Source of the DNA: an uncultured Candidatus Saccharibacteria bacterium
GTDB taxonomy: Bacteria > Patescibacteriota > Minisyncoccia > Phycocordibacterales > UBA9973
Assembly: GCA_964450735.1 (NCBI GenBank)
Contig: CAYVDC010000008.1
Span: 647 to 64,646 of the forward strand
Direction: 5' to 3'
Length of the DNA stretch: 64,000 bases
The notes under the pieces were generated by a model. The model was not told the DNA's origin, ran no database searches, and was given only the letters and a program-made list of their open reading frames with translations. Made by a program: the position numbers and the translations under genes. Positions 48,399 through 58,603 of this stretch are shown here, one piece after another; the stretch's first letter is position 1, and every line of letters starts with the position of its first letter.

Positions 48399-50591
48399 TT
48401 ATCCTATATTATCCACTGGTTTTTCAAGGACTTCTCGTGGTTTTGCTCCGTTGCCAGCACTGACAATTCCGTGTTCTTCGAGCATATCTATAAGACGGGC
48501 GGCGCGGGCGTATCCAATACCGAGTTTTCGCTGGAGGAAGGAAGTGGAAGCTTTCTGGGTTTCAATGACGATCTGGCGTGCTTCCTCGTACATATCATCG
48601 TCTGGCTCATCGCCGACTGAATCAATTGAAGCTTCAAAGATCGATTTGTCTGCAGAAATATTGCTGCCAGTGAGATTGAGTTCGTTCTGGATCTCATCAG
48701 CGTAATTATCAGCAAGGAATTTAACTACCTTCTTCACTTCGTCTTCAGAGATAAAGGCTGACTGGAGACGTTCTGGGGAAGACATTTCACCGCTTGAGTA
48801 CAGCATGTCTCCGGCACCAAGGAGTTTTTCAGCTCCTGGAGTATCGAGAATAGTTCGTGAGTCGATTTGTGAAGCTACTTGGAGGGCTACGCGGGCAGGG
48901 ATGTTTGCCTTGATCAAGCCGGTAACAACGTTAACTGACGGGCGCTGTGTTGAGAGAATAAGGTGAATACCGACAGCTCGGGACATCTGAGCGAGGCGGA
49001 CAATACCTGATTCCAATTCTCGAGGGTAGGTCTGCATGATATCCGCCAATTCATCAATGATGATGACAATATACGGAAGCTTTTCGAGGCCGCCTTCTTT
49101 CTGGTCTGCGTCCTTGCCGCGTTTCTTGTTATAAGACTCAATGTCACGCACCGCTTCCTGTTCGAGGAGGTTGTAGCGTCGGTCCATTTCCTTTGCTGAC
49201 CATTTGAGTGCGAGAATTGCTTTCTTTGGGTCGGTGATAACAGGAGTAAGGAGATGAGGAATCTTATTATAGAGAGTAAGTTCCACTCGCTTTGGATCCA
49301 CGAAGATGAATCGGAGGTCTTCCGGGCCGTTCTTGTAGAGGAGCGAGGTGATGATTGCGTGAATGGTTACTGACTTACCGGAACCGGTTGCACCCGCGAT
49401 CAAGGCGTGTGGCATCTTTGCAAGGTTAGCAACGATAGACATGCCGGCCACGTTTCGGCCAAGGGCGACCATGAGCGGCTTTTCTGCATGGCTGAATTTC
49501 TCATCAGCGAGCAGAGAAGCAAGTCCAACCATTGATTTCTCCTTGTTCGGAATTTCAATACCCACCAGTGACTTACCAGGGATTGGAGCTTCGATACGAA
49601 TTGTCTTTGCAGAAAGGGCGAGTGCGAGGTCGCTTGAGAGACCGGTGATTCGTGAGAGTTTAACACCTTGCGCAGGCTTCAATGCATAACGAGTAATAGA
49701 CGGTCCAACAGTGATCTCATCCATTTCAACTTCAATGCCGAAGTTCTGCAGTGTTCGCTTGATGATGTTTGAGTTTGCTTTGATGTCGCCAGTTCCGGGT
49801 TTGCCTTTGTCTGTTGCAAGCAATGAAAGTGGAGGGGGAGTGTATGCATGCGAAACGTATGGTTTGAGTTTCTTTTTATCAGAAATGAAATCTTCTTCTT
49901 TTGTTTCTGCGGCAACTGCTGGTGTTGGCGTCGGTGTTGGTGTAGGTTCTTCTTCCTCTTCTACTTCTTCAATCTCTTCTTCGACTTCCTCCACCTCTTC
50001 ATCTTCTTCGTCATCAGCTGGTTGTTCGAGTGCGCGCTCTTTTGAGAAGAACATGCGGATGCGCGCAGCCATTCCTTCCCAATCCGGACGATCATTGAAG
50101 AGCACGAAAATAGAAATGATCAGAAGTCCTCCAACAAAAATAATTCCGGCATAGATGCCGAACAATTTCATGAAAGGCCAGAACACTGCCTGTCCGACAA
50201 TTCCTCCGTAGTGGACATCAATTGATGCTGCATCAACGAGCGCAAGACCTGATGCGAGAAAGAGGAGTGAGCCAATAGTGTGCGTTACTGCAATTTCCGG
50301 ACGCTCTTCTTTGAGCAATGAGATGCCGAGAAGCAAGGCAAGAATTGGAACCAAATAATAGCCAACTCCAAATAAAGAATCGAAAGCGCGGAACAGAACA
50401 TCGCCGGCTGGTCCGGCGATTCCGAATGGTGCAAGGACGAACAGCAAAACGACTACGAAACAGGCAATTGCAAAGATGCTGTTTCGCGCTTCCATGGACA
50501 AATATGAGTCGCCGTCATCGCTCCGAGAGCGTTCTTTTTTGATTGGTTTTTTTTCTTTCGGTTTGGTTTTTTTTGATGTTTCTTTTGCCAT
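48399..50591 (-). CDS. ftsK: DNA translocase FtsK/SpoIIIE
   Basis: N-terminal 4-TM domain; acidic E-rich and PTPTPTPTP linker; motor GATGSGKSV Walker A and FtsK gamma-like C-terminus. Confidence 0.85.
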   Translation of the reverse strand: MAKETSKKTKPKEKKPIKKERSRSDDGDSYLSMEARNSIFAIACFVVVLLFVLAPFGIAGPAGDVLFRAFDSLFGVGYYLVPILALLLGISLLKEERPEIAVTHTIGSLLFLASGLALVDAASIDVHYGGIVGQAVFWPFMKLFGIYAGIIFVGGLLIISIFVLFNDRPDWEGMAARIRMFFSKERALEQPADDEEDEEVEEVEEEIEEVEEEEEPTPTPTPTPAVAAETKEEDFISDKKKLKPYVSHAYTPPPLSLLATDKGKPGTGDIKANSNIIKRTLQNFGIEVEMDEITVGPSITRYALKPAQGVKLSRITGLSSDLALALSAKTIRIEAPIPGKSLVGIEIPNKEKSMVGLASLLADEKFSHAEKPLMVALGRNVAGMSIVANLAKMPHALIAGATGSGKSVTIHAIITSLLYKNGPEDLRFIFVDPKRVELTLYNKIPHLLTPVITDPKKAILALKWSAKEMDRRYNLLEQEAVRDIESYNKKRGKDADQKEGGLEKLPYIVIIIDELADIMQTYPRELESGIVRLAQMSRAVGIHLILSTQRPSVNVVTGLIKANIPARVALQVASQIDSRTILDTPGAEKLLGAGDMLYSSGEMSSPERLQSAFISEDEVKKVVKFLADNYADEIQNELNLTGSNISADKSIFEASIDSVGDEPDDDMYEEARQIVIETQKASTSFLQRKLGIGYARAARLIDMLEEHGIVSAGNGAKPREVLEKPVDNIG

Positions 50592-50849
50592 GAAAATGAT
50601 AGATAAGTAGGTAAGATATGCAACTAGAAATAGCGGAAATTCTCGGAATGTTTGCTACGCTATTTTACCATATCTGCCTGTGGAAAAGTATGAGGTTTTG
50701 CATCAGAAAATACAAAAAGAAAAAGTCACCTTTTCCGGTTTGCCTTTTCGGGGGCTGTCAGCTATACTCGCTCTATCAAAGACATTGGCAATGAAAGCCG
50801 GGTCGCGAAAGGAGTATAAAAGACAGCTATAAATTAAACTCAAACTATA

Positions 50850-51674
50850 ATGGACACAAACGGACAACAGCAAAATAACATAGAAAAATATAGGGTAGAT
50901 GGCATGTCCTTGAAAAACAAGATGGACAAGATTGCCGCAGCTATCCATATGGTAACGGACTGCATTGAGGACAACGAACCGATCCGATTCAAGCTCCGTT
51001 CTTTGGCTGTTGAGCTTGCCAGCGAGTCTCATGAATTTATCTACACTCCTTCCCGAGACCGAGGTTTTATCTTTGCCGACATCGAACTTGTGGCAACAGA
51101 AATCATGTCATTCATCAGCATCGCTCGCTCGATCCGTATCATCTCAGAGATGAATGCTGACATCCTTTTGCGAGAGCTTTCTGCTAATACTGAACGCATG
51201 CGAGCTTGGACTGAAACAGGGTTCTATGAAGTTGAAAATGGCGATCTTTCACAGCCTCGAACACCGGTCGCTTTTACGCTCAACGACTCTCATTTCAAAG
51301 CTGAACAAACACGACTTCCAGCATCTGAATCTATCAACCGAATACCGCAGACCAGCTTCGATCAAAAAACAGAAAAAAGTGTTCCAACTGAGAACCAGTC
51401 TAAAGGACAAAAAACAAACACTATGCCGGCTGCGATTAAAGTGAAGCATGAAGCAGAGGACAGCAAGAAGTTTGAAATGGCTGTGAAACTGAACCGACGT
51501 AATACTATTCTTAAGATTATAAAGGACAAAAAAGAGGTTACCATAAAGGACATCACCACATTGATTGCCGATGTCAGCGAAAAAACAATACAGCGTGAAC
51601 TCATTACACTTGTCTCTGAAGGTGTCCTTAAAAAAGTGGGGGAGAAGCGCTGGAGCAAATACATGCTCGCGTAG
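50850..51674 (+). CDS. hypothetical protein with C-terminal winged-HTH (DeoR-like) domain
   Basis: C-terminus ILKIIKDKKEVTIKDITTLIADVSEKTIQRELITLVSEGVLKKVGEKRWSKYML. Confidence 0.45.
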   Translation: MDTNGQQQNNIEKYRVDGMSLKNKMDKIAAAIHMVTDCIEDNEPIRFKLRSLAVELASESHEFIYTPSRDRGFIFADIELVATEIMSFISIARSIRIISEMNADILLRELSANTERMRAWTETGFYEVENGDLSQPRTPVAFTLNDSHFKAEQTRLPASESINRIPQTSFDQKTEKSVPTENQSKGQKTNTMPAAIKVKHEAEDSKKFEMAVKLNRRNTILKIIKDKKEVTIKDITTLIADVSEKTIQRELITLVSEGVLKKVGEKRWSKYMLA

Positions 51675-51893
51675 TCTATTTTTGTAATAACTTAAGGTAT
51701 CATCCGTCACCATATCTGTAATCCGATCTCATTCCTAAGTCTATATATTTATTGCTTTTTGGGGTGAGATATGAGATTATAAGGGTCTGATAGCTTCTAG
51801 CCCTTCAACGGGTTTTGAGGCTATCCGCGTTGGGAAATTTTTACGTTCGGACTTTGATAGGAACGAACAAAAAAATATTCTGACGTGATGGAC

Positions 51894-51928
51894 GTGAATT
51901 ATTCATAATTCTCTCATGAATAATTCAC
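51894..51928. repeat. perfect 13-bp inverted repeat GTGAATTATTCAT-N9-ATGAATAATTCAC (candidate operator)
   Basis: read directly from sequence; lies in 810-nt non-coding region. Confidence 0.6.
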
Positions 51929-52520
51929 ACAGGCGTGTCACGTTTTCGGAGATAGGAACCGGGAACATCGATACTGGCGCGCCTCGGATCGATCATTGAA
52001 AATTGCATATTGATATATTCTCCGTATCTTGGAGAAAAAAGATTTTACAGTTTTCTCTGTGTCATCCTCGGCATAGACGATGATGTTTGTTTCAAAAACT
52101 TTTATTATTTTTTGAAACGATAGGCGTCATTGGTGATTGGTCCGATAGCATCGCGTATGTCTTGCAGCGTATGTGATGCACGCTTTCGTTCTATACATAT
52201 ATATGTATGAGATGGAAGTATATCGGCCCTGTCGACAAGGCAGATATCTTTTTGGATCGATTCGTCGAAACAAAAAGGTTCAGCGGGTTTGATTTTTCCC
52301 GCTATCAAAAAACATCCGGAGCAAATACATGGTTGTGTCTTCTCTAATTAAGAAACCATTTCCATGTTTTGCATATGCTTGCCCGAGGCAAGCATAATGC
52401 ACACTTTTACGTTGTCGAACGTAATACATTAAGTGCATATCACACAAATAGATTGATGTCAGAGATACTCTGATTTTATTATCCGTGTTCTCGCATCCTT
52501 TCTATAGTTTTCAAATTATT

Positions 52521-55500
52521 ATGACTACATTCATCAAATCAAGCGCTGCTAAGGCAGTCGTAGGTTTGTTGGCTCTTGCGGTTCTCGCGATTGCATCTTC
52601 AGCATCAGCTGCATATACATTCACACAGAACCTCACAGTCGGTTCAAACTCAGCTGAAGTTAAACAGCTTCAGATGTTCTTGAACACCAACGGATTTACA
52701 GTTTCTACAACTGGTGCAGGTTCACCAGGAATGGAAAGCAACTACTTCGGAACAAAGACTCGAACAGCTCTCGCAGCTTTCCAGGCAGCTAAGGGTATCT
52801 CACCTGCAGCTGGTTACTTTGGTCCTTTGACTCGAACTACAATCAACGCTTGGGCAGGTTCAACAACTCTCCCAGCTGGTTGTACAACAGCTTCAGGATA
52901 CAGCTCAACAACAGGTCAGCCATGTTCAACAGGCTCAACACTTGTTCCTGGCTGTACTTCAACAACAGGCTACAGCTCAACAACAGGTCTCTCATGCGCA
53001 GGTGGTTCAACACCAGCTCAGACAGGTCCTGTAACAGCTTCACTCTCAACAACTAACCCTGCTTCAGGCGTTATTGTTACAGGTCAGGCTAATGCTAAGC
53101 TTGTAGATGTCGTGTTCGCAGGTGCAGGAACAGTTAACTCTGTTACTCTCAAGCGATCAGGTATCTCAACTCAGAGCACACTTCAGAACGTATACCTCTA
53201 CGATGGCGTTAATCGCTTGACAGACGGTTACTCATTCAACAACAACGGTGACTTGACTATGAACAACCTTAACTTGGCTGTTAATGGATCACGAACAATC
53301 TCAGTTGTTGCTGATGTATCTACAGTTTTAGGAGGTGCTTTGTCAGGTCAGACAATTGCTGTTGCTCTCACATCATTTACATCTGGAACAACTGTTTCAT
53401 CTGTAAACGTTCAGGGTAATACAATGTCAGTTGCTGATGGTACTAACACTCTTGCTTCAGTCTCATTTACAAGCGCTCAGTCATTTGGCGGTGCTACTGT
53501 AAATGCTGGAACATCTTCATACACAGTTTACCGACAGGCTATTCAGGTTAATACTCGAACTGTCTGGCTTAAGGCTGCTAACTTCCGAATCGTCGGCTCA
53601 GCTCCAACAGGTGCTGTAGCTAACGCTGGATTGTTTGTTGATGGTGTCAAGGTTGGAAACAATGCTTCAATGACAATGGCAAATGGTACTAACTACTTGT
53701 CATTTGATCTTTCATCAATGCCTTTCGCTCTTACAACTGGTGGTCACACTGTTGAAGTTCGAGCTGATATCGTTGGTGGTGCTAACTACAACTTTACAGT
53801 ATCACTCCAGCAGGCTTCAGATCTTATGATCTTGGATCCTCAGGTTGGAGTAAATATCGCTATTTCTCCATTCACTAGCTACGCTGGTGGACAGGTAAAC
53901 ATTGGTGCAGGTTCAGCTACATTTACAGTTGACCCAGCATTTAGCGCAATGACAAATGTAACTGGCGGTGCTTCAAATGCAGCTATCGCTAAGTTCAAGA
54001 TTCGTGGTTACGGTGAAGATGTGAAAGTTACACAGCTTACAGTAACTCCAGTCTTGTCAAGCACAACACCTACACAGTCATGCCCAACAGCTTGCGGACT
54101 CCAGAATGTAACACTTTACTTCAACGGTTCACAGGTTGGTTCACAGCAGAACTGGACAACAGGTGCTTTGACATTTAACCTTGGTTCACAGCTCATCATT
54201 CCTGCTAACACAGATAGCGTTCTTGAAGTTCGTGCTGATCTCCGCACAACTGCTGGCGCTAACTACACTGCTGGAACTGTTTCTGCAAACCTCGGTTCAG
54301 GAACAGCTGAAGGATTTACTTCACACACTTCAGTTCCAACTCCTGCTGTTACTGGTACATCATTGACAATCCAGACTGGACTCCTTGCTGTTTCTGCAAA
54401 CGCAGGCTACACAAGCCAGAACATCAGCCCTAATACTGCTGGTGCTAAGATTGGATCATTTGTTTTCCAGAACCAGAGCTCATCTGAATCAGTTCGTGTA
54501 ACTTCAGTTCAGGTTGCTCTCGCTTTCACAGGTGCACAGAGCTTGACAAACTTCTCAGGTCTTCGAACTTCAGAAGCTTCTGGTTCAGGCTCAACTCCAG
54601 TTCAGCCACAGGCATCAAACACATTCTCAGTAGACTTCACTCTTGCTCCAGGTGCTACAAAGGTGCTTGATATCTTTGCTGATGCTGGTTCTGTGACAAC
54701 TGGTACTATTGCAACAACTATCACTACTACTTCAATTGGTTCATCAAGCAACGTCTCACAGACAATCACAAGTGTTGCTGGTCAGACAATCACAATTGTT
54801 AGCGGTACTGTTGCTACTCCAACAGTTCTCTCACAGTCTTCAACTCAGTCACAGTACATCGCAGCTGGTACAACAGTTGGTACTACTAATGGTTCAAAAG
54901 CATCATTCAACTTTGTTGGAAGCAACGGTGCTTCAACAATCAGCGAACTTAAAGTTACTGTAACTTCTGGTACAGCTAACCAGACTCCAGTATCTTCAGT
55001 TACTGTTGGTGGTGTCACTGCTCCTGTAGTTGCAACTTCAACTACAACAGGTGATGCTTACTTGACTAACCTCAACATCGCAGTTCCTAACGGTGCAGGT
55101 GGTGCTAACGTTGACGTGTTCTTGAATTACACTGCAGTTGGTTCAACTGGTGTAACTTCAGGTACAACTGCTACTGCAGCTATCACATATGTTCGTTCAA
55201 CTTCTGGTGGAACAACATCAACAACTACTCCAAACGTTTCAGCTCCAACTATGACTGTAGTAGCTTCAAAGCCACTCGTCTCTGTTAATTCAACACAGCA
55301 GACAGGTCTTATCCTCGGTGCTGAAAACAAGATTGGTGAAGTAACAATTTCTGCTGATGCAGCAGGTAACATTGGTCTCAAGACCCTTGTATTCAATGTT
55401 GGTGCTTCAGGTCTTAGCGCTGCTGTTGATATCAACGATACTACTCCTGTTCTTCGATCAGGTGGAGTACCGGTTACTGGTGTTACTTGTGCTGCTGGTT

Positions 55501-55751
55501 CTGCTACAGGACCAATCACATGTACTTTCACTGGTACAACAGGTGCTACAATCACACCTGGAACTCCTGTTACATACAGCTTGTTTGCTACTGTTAACAA
55601 CTCAGCAGCTTCTGGTTCTACAGCTTCTATTTCAACTCAGGTTGATCAGAGCGGATTCCAGTGGGCTGATGTTGCTGGTAACAGCACAACACTCCGATCA
55701 GGAGCTCTTGTATACAACTTCCCAACAAATAGCTACTCAATCCGTCAATAA
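52521..55751 (+). CDS. giant cell-surface protein: signal/anchor, peptidoglycan-binding (PG_binding_1-like) domain, Cys-containing short repeats, long Thr/Ser/Gly/Val-rich beta region
   Basis: EVKQLQMFLNTNGF..YFGTKTRTALAAFQ..YFGPLT matches PG-binding domain pattern; tandem CT(T/S)xxGYSSTTG motifs; start reset to MTTFIKS. Confidence 0.6.
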   Translation: MTTFIKSSAAKAVVGLLALAVLAIASSASAAYTFTQNLTVGSNSAEVKQLQMFLNTNGFTVSTTGAGSPGMESNYFGTKTRTALAAFQAAKGISPAAGYFGPLTRTTINAWAGSTTLPAGCTTASGYSSTTGQPCSTGSTLVPGCTSTTGYSSTTGLSCAGGSTPAQTGPVTASLSTTNPASGVIVTGQANAKLVDVVFAGAGTVNSVTLKRSGISTQSTLQNVYLYDGVNRLTDGYSFNNNGDLTMNNLNLAVNGSRTISVVADVSTVLGGALSGQTIAVALTSFTSGTTVSSVNVQGNTMSVADGTNTLASVSFTSAQSFGGATVNAGTSSYTVYRQAIQVNTRTVWLKAANFRIVGSAPTGAVANAGLFVDGVKVGNNASMTMANGTNYLSFDLSSMPFALTTGGHTVEVRADIVGGANYNFTVSLQQASDLMILDPQVGVNIAISPFTSYAGGQVNIGAGSATFTVDPAFSAMTNVTGGASNAAIAKFKIRGYGEDVKVTQLTVTPVLSSTTPTQSCPTACGLQNVTLYFNGSQVGSQQNWTTGALTFNLGSQLIIPANTDSVLEVRADLRTTAGANYTAGTVSANLGSGTAEGFTSHTSVPTPAVTGTSLTIQTGLLAVSANAGYTSQNISPNTAGAKIGSFVFQNQSSSESVRVTSVQVALAFTGAQSLTNFSGLRTSEASGSGSTPVQPQASNTFSVDFTLAPGATKVLDIFADAGSVTTGTIATTITTTSIGSSSNVSQTITSVAGQTITIVSGTVATPTVLSQSSTQSQYIAAGTTVGTTNGSKASFNFVGSNGASTISELKVTVTSGTANQTPVSSVTVGGVTAPVVATSTTTGDAYLTNLNIAVPNGAGGANVDVFLNYTAVGSTGVTSGTTATAAITYVRSTSGGTTSTTTPNVSAPTMTVVASKPLVSVNSTQQTGLILGAENKIGEVTISADAAGNIGLKTLVFNVGASGLSAAVDINDTTPVLRSGGVPVTGVTCAAGSATGPITCTFTGTTGATITPGTPVTYSLFATVNNSAASGSTASISTQVDQSGFQWADVAGNSTTLRSGALVYNFPTNSYSIRQ

Positions 55752-55821
55752 TCTTCGGATTATCTAAGATTGATGGTTCCTTGTAGGAATTGTCAGATAG
55801 TCTGGCTGACTTAAATCGCCA

Positions 55822-55853
55822 CAAAAAACCACTCCGAAAGGGGTGGTTTTTTG
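55822..55853 (+). terminator. rho-independent terminator after surface-protein gene
   Basis: AAAAAACCACTCC GAAA GGGGTGGTTTTTT. Confidence 0.6.
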
Positions 55854-55944
55854 TTGTTAGGGGAGGTGTGGATAATGTGGGTTGCTAATTTCTGAGTTAG
55901 GGGTATACTTAAAAATATTAATAATAATTTAATGTTTTAAATAT

Positions 55945-56433
55945 ATGGAAAATAAAAATCAGACATTGTGGATTATTCTCGGAATCTTGGTTGTAGCGAT
56001 TATCGTTGTGTTTGCGGTAAAGGGCATGCGCAAGGATGTTCCTGCAGACGGCAACTCAAATCAGAATCAGACAGAAACAACAGCAGGTCCAGAATCAACA
56101 CAGGATACTTCTGGTTATGCTGCGACAACAGGAGGAACAGCGGTAACTATTGCGTATCAGGATGCTCTCGTAAAATACGCTGACCGCCGAATTCAGTTCA
56201 ATGACATGTGTCAGGCAACTCCAAACAAAGTTACTTACAAGGACAACTCAGGAATCATGCTTGATAACCGATCAGCGACTACTCGATCAATCAAGATCGG
56301 TGCGAATACTTACTCAGTGAAAGGCTATGGTTTCCGAATCGTAACTCTTCCTGATACATACCGAGATGCGAGCCAGTATCTCGTAGACTGTGGAACTTCA
56401 CAGAACGTTGCGACTATCTTGGTGCAGGAATAA
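55945..56433 (+). CDS. small secreted/anchored protein, paralog A
   Basis: N-terminal TM helix; C-terminal RIQF..C.ATP..IMLDNRS..YSV.G..L..DCG..NVAT..VQ shared with ORF 58089..58592. Confidence 0.55.
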   Translation: MENKNQTLWIILGILVVAIIVVFAVKGMRKDVPADGNSNQNQTETTAGPESTQDTSGYAATTGGTAVTIAYQDALVKYADRRIQFNDMCQATPNKVTYKDNSGIMLDNRSATTRSIKIGANTYSVKGYGFRIVTLPDTYRDASQYLVDCGTSQNVATILVQE

Positions 56434-56440
56434 TATTCCG

Positions 56441-56490
56441 TCCGCACAAAATAAAAAACACCCTGGCGGGTGTTTTTTATTTTGTGCGGA
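56441..56490. terminator. 23-bp perfect inverted repeat hairpin (bidirectional terminator-like)
   Basis: TCCGCACAAAATAAAAAACACCC tggc GGGTGTTTTTTATTTTGTGCGGA. Confidence 0.55.
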
Positions 56491-56565
56491 GAATGGCTTC
56501 ATTTTTGCTTTAGATGTTTTTTGTAAAGTTGCTGTAAATATATTCACAACTTAAAAACAATTCGT

Positions 56566-57960
56566 ATGAAAAAAATCTGTATTCTAATTTTTGTTATTGC
56601 TGGTGCAAGCCAGGCGCGTTCTCAGGCTGGTGTTGTTGATTTTGGAAACAGTACTGGAATAGTGAAATGCAATCTGCCATACACGGGCGTAGTGAAATAT
56701 TGCTCAGATGGGGGAAGCGTGTCATGTCAAAGTTCTGCGGTGGCAAGCCTCATATCTTCAAATTGGTATAAGAGCGCATGGTACGCAAATATTTGTCAGT
56801 TTAATTTGGCAAACCCCGGTGACACAGCCATAGGTACGGGTTCGGAGCTGCAGTTTTTGGCGGATGATTTTGCCGATCTGCGATTTCAAGTTTCAGATTT
56901 TAATTGCTCAAGTACCTTCAAGCTGTCATTCAAAATTAAGATTAATCGACCGTCGTCTCAGCATTACTCATATCCAAGCATCATGCTGTATTTTGGCGAT
57001 AGAGCTTCTGCATATCTGGATAAGAATAAAACTCCGAATTTTTATAACAGTCCGTACCCAGAAGATACTGCTATATTCGGATCAATTAATTTCCGTTCAG
57101 ACGGTTCGCTCCCGGGTGGCTGTAACGGTGCGGATGTTATGTGTGCACAGAGTACACATGGAGTTGGGATATATCCAGCCATGGCTACCTATGCTATGAG
57201 TCAGGGAGAAGTGCATACGGTGCAGGTATTTGCCAATACAGGTTCAAGCGACGAACCCTATGTCTCGCCAGGCGGAAGCTTCAAGGTCCTGCCGTCAAAA
57301 CACTACGATTTGTATATTGATACTGTAATGGTATATGGGGTTTCTTTTCCTAATTACTATTACAAAGGTGGTTCGATTTCTGGCTTTTCTTGGTATATGA
57401 ATCAGCCGAATTATTTTTCGCCAATCATTATTGATGATATAGAATGGTCGTCTGAGTTTTTCCCAGTGCTTTTGCCAGTGGAACTTTCACGATTTGATGT
57501 GGCAGATTGCAGCAATAACTTGCCATCCGCGTGTCTGAAGTGGGAAACAGAAACAGAATTAAATAACGAAGAGTTTGTGATTGAGCGGAGTACAGACGCA
57601 ATTATGTTTGACACAGTAGGCTCAGTGCTGGGTTATGGAACCAGTACCGTGCATCGCACCTACCAGTACGAAGATATGGTTTCCGAGGGCACGTACTATT
57701 ACCGGCTCAAGCAGATTGATTATGATGGCCACTTTGAATATTCGGATATACGCTTTGTGCGCATCCGGGAAAAACCACAGGAATGCAACATGAAAAATAT
57801 TTTTCAGCAGAAAGATATTGCTTATCGGCTGTATGATATGAATGGCAGGGAAATGAAAGTGCTTTTTGACGATAGAGCTTTCATTGAAAAAGGAATGTAT
57901 ATTGTTACGATCTTGGATGGCAGTGAAGTGCGATGTCGGGGGAAAGTATGGATAGAATGA
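56566..57960 (+). CDS. secreted protein with Bacteroidetes-style C-terminal sorting-domain-like tail (T9SS CTD-like)
   Basis: signal peptide MKKICILIFVIAGASQA; C-terminus YYYRLKQIDYDGHFEYSDIRFV..IAYRLYDMNGREMKV..GMYIVTILDGSEVRCRGKVWIE follows the pattern of T9SS C-terminal domains; codon usage visibly richer in CTG/GCG/GTG/CGG than neighbours. Confidence 0.5.
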   Translation: MKKICILIFVIAGASQARSQAGVVDFGNSTGIVKCNLPYTGVVKYCSDGGSVSCQSSAVASLISSNWYKSAWYANICQFNLANPGDTAIGTGSELQFLADDFADLRFQVSDFNCSSTFKLSFKIKINRPSSQHYSYPSIMLYFGDRASAYLDKNKTPNFYNSPYPEDTAIFGSINFRSDGSLPGGCNGADVMCAQSTHGVGIYPAMATYAMSQGEVHTVQVFANTGSSDEPYVSPGGSFKVLPSKHYDLYIDTVMVYGVSFPNYYYKGGSISGFSWYMNQPNYFSPIIIDDIEWSSEFFPVLLPVELSRFDVADCSNNLPSACLKWETETELNNEEFVIERSTDAIMFDTVGSVLGYGTSTVHRTYQYEDMVSEGTYYYRLKQIDYDGHFEYSDIRFVRIREKPQECNMKNIFQQKDIAYRLYDMNGREMKVLFDDRAFIEKGMYIVTILDGSEVRCRGKVWIE

Positions 57961-57973
57961 ATGGAAGAAATTT

Positions 57974-58015
57974 TTGCGCGGATTTTGCCGAAGGCAAAAT
58001 CCGCGCTTTTTATTG
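57974..58015 (+). terminator. rho-independent terminator (GCGCGGATTTTGCC gaag GGCAAAATCCGCGC + T5)
   Basis: 14-bp perfect stem. Confidence 0.7.
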
Positions 58016-58027
58016 GCTGTGTCCAAG

Positions 58028-58056
58028 TTGACCGAAAGGGCAGATTCCGCTAGTAT
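58028..58056 (+). promoter_or_regulatory. candidate promoter TTGACC-N17-TAGTAT
   Basis: near-consensus hexamers about 30 nt upstream of next ORF. Confidence 0.35.
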
Positions 58057-58088
58057 GCTCCTATAGCAATAATAATAAAAACAAGCAT

Positions 58089-58592
58089 ATGGATAAGGTT
58101 AATGCATGGTTCAGAAATAACAAGAATGTTGGATGGCTGATCGCCGGTATCTCAGTAGTATTGATTGTCGTAATTATTCTCATCGTGGCGCGCCCAGCAA
58201 AGAAGGCGAGCGAAGTCACTATTGAAACTCCAGACGAAACAGCGTTGGTTGCTCCAAGCAAAGCTCCGACATACACTGCTGCTCCTGTAGCAACAGCAAC
58301 TGCTCCGAAATTGAGCTACGACGACGCAGTAAAAATGTACGGCACTCACCGCATTCAGTTCGGCGAAACTTGTCTCGCAACTCCTGCAACATCAGTGTTC
58401 AAGAAGGGAAGCGAAATCATGTTGGACAATCGTTCATGGGAAGCAAAAACTTTCACCGTAAACGGAAAAGCATATTCAGTCGCTGGCCAGGATTATGCAA
58501 TTGTACCCCTCACTGTCCTTCCTGCATCAATGGAAGTGATGATTGATTGTGGAGCAATGAAGAACGTGGCTACTGTCACTGTGCAGCAATAA
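58089..58592 (+). CDS. small secreted/anchored protein, paralog B
   Basis: same architecture and conserved C-terminal motif as 55945..56433. Confidence 0.55.
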   Translation: MDKVNAWFRNNKNVGWLIAGISVVLIVVIILIVARPAKKASEVTIETPDETALVAPSKAPTYTAAPVATATAPKLSYDDAVKMYGTHRIQFGETCLATPATSVFKKGSEIMLDNRSWEAKTFTVNGKAYSVAGQDYAIVPLTVLPASMEVMIDCGAMKNVATVTVQQ

Positions 58593-58603
58593 GCAAAAAA
58601 ACG

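Noticed and set aside
49711-50154. + strand 147-aa Ser-rich ORF, plus other short ORFs inside ftsK
   Set aside because: Antisense to the acidic/PT linker of ftsK; the FtsK motor and TM domains define the true frame.
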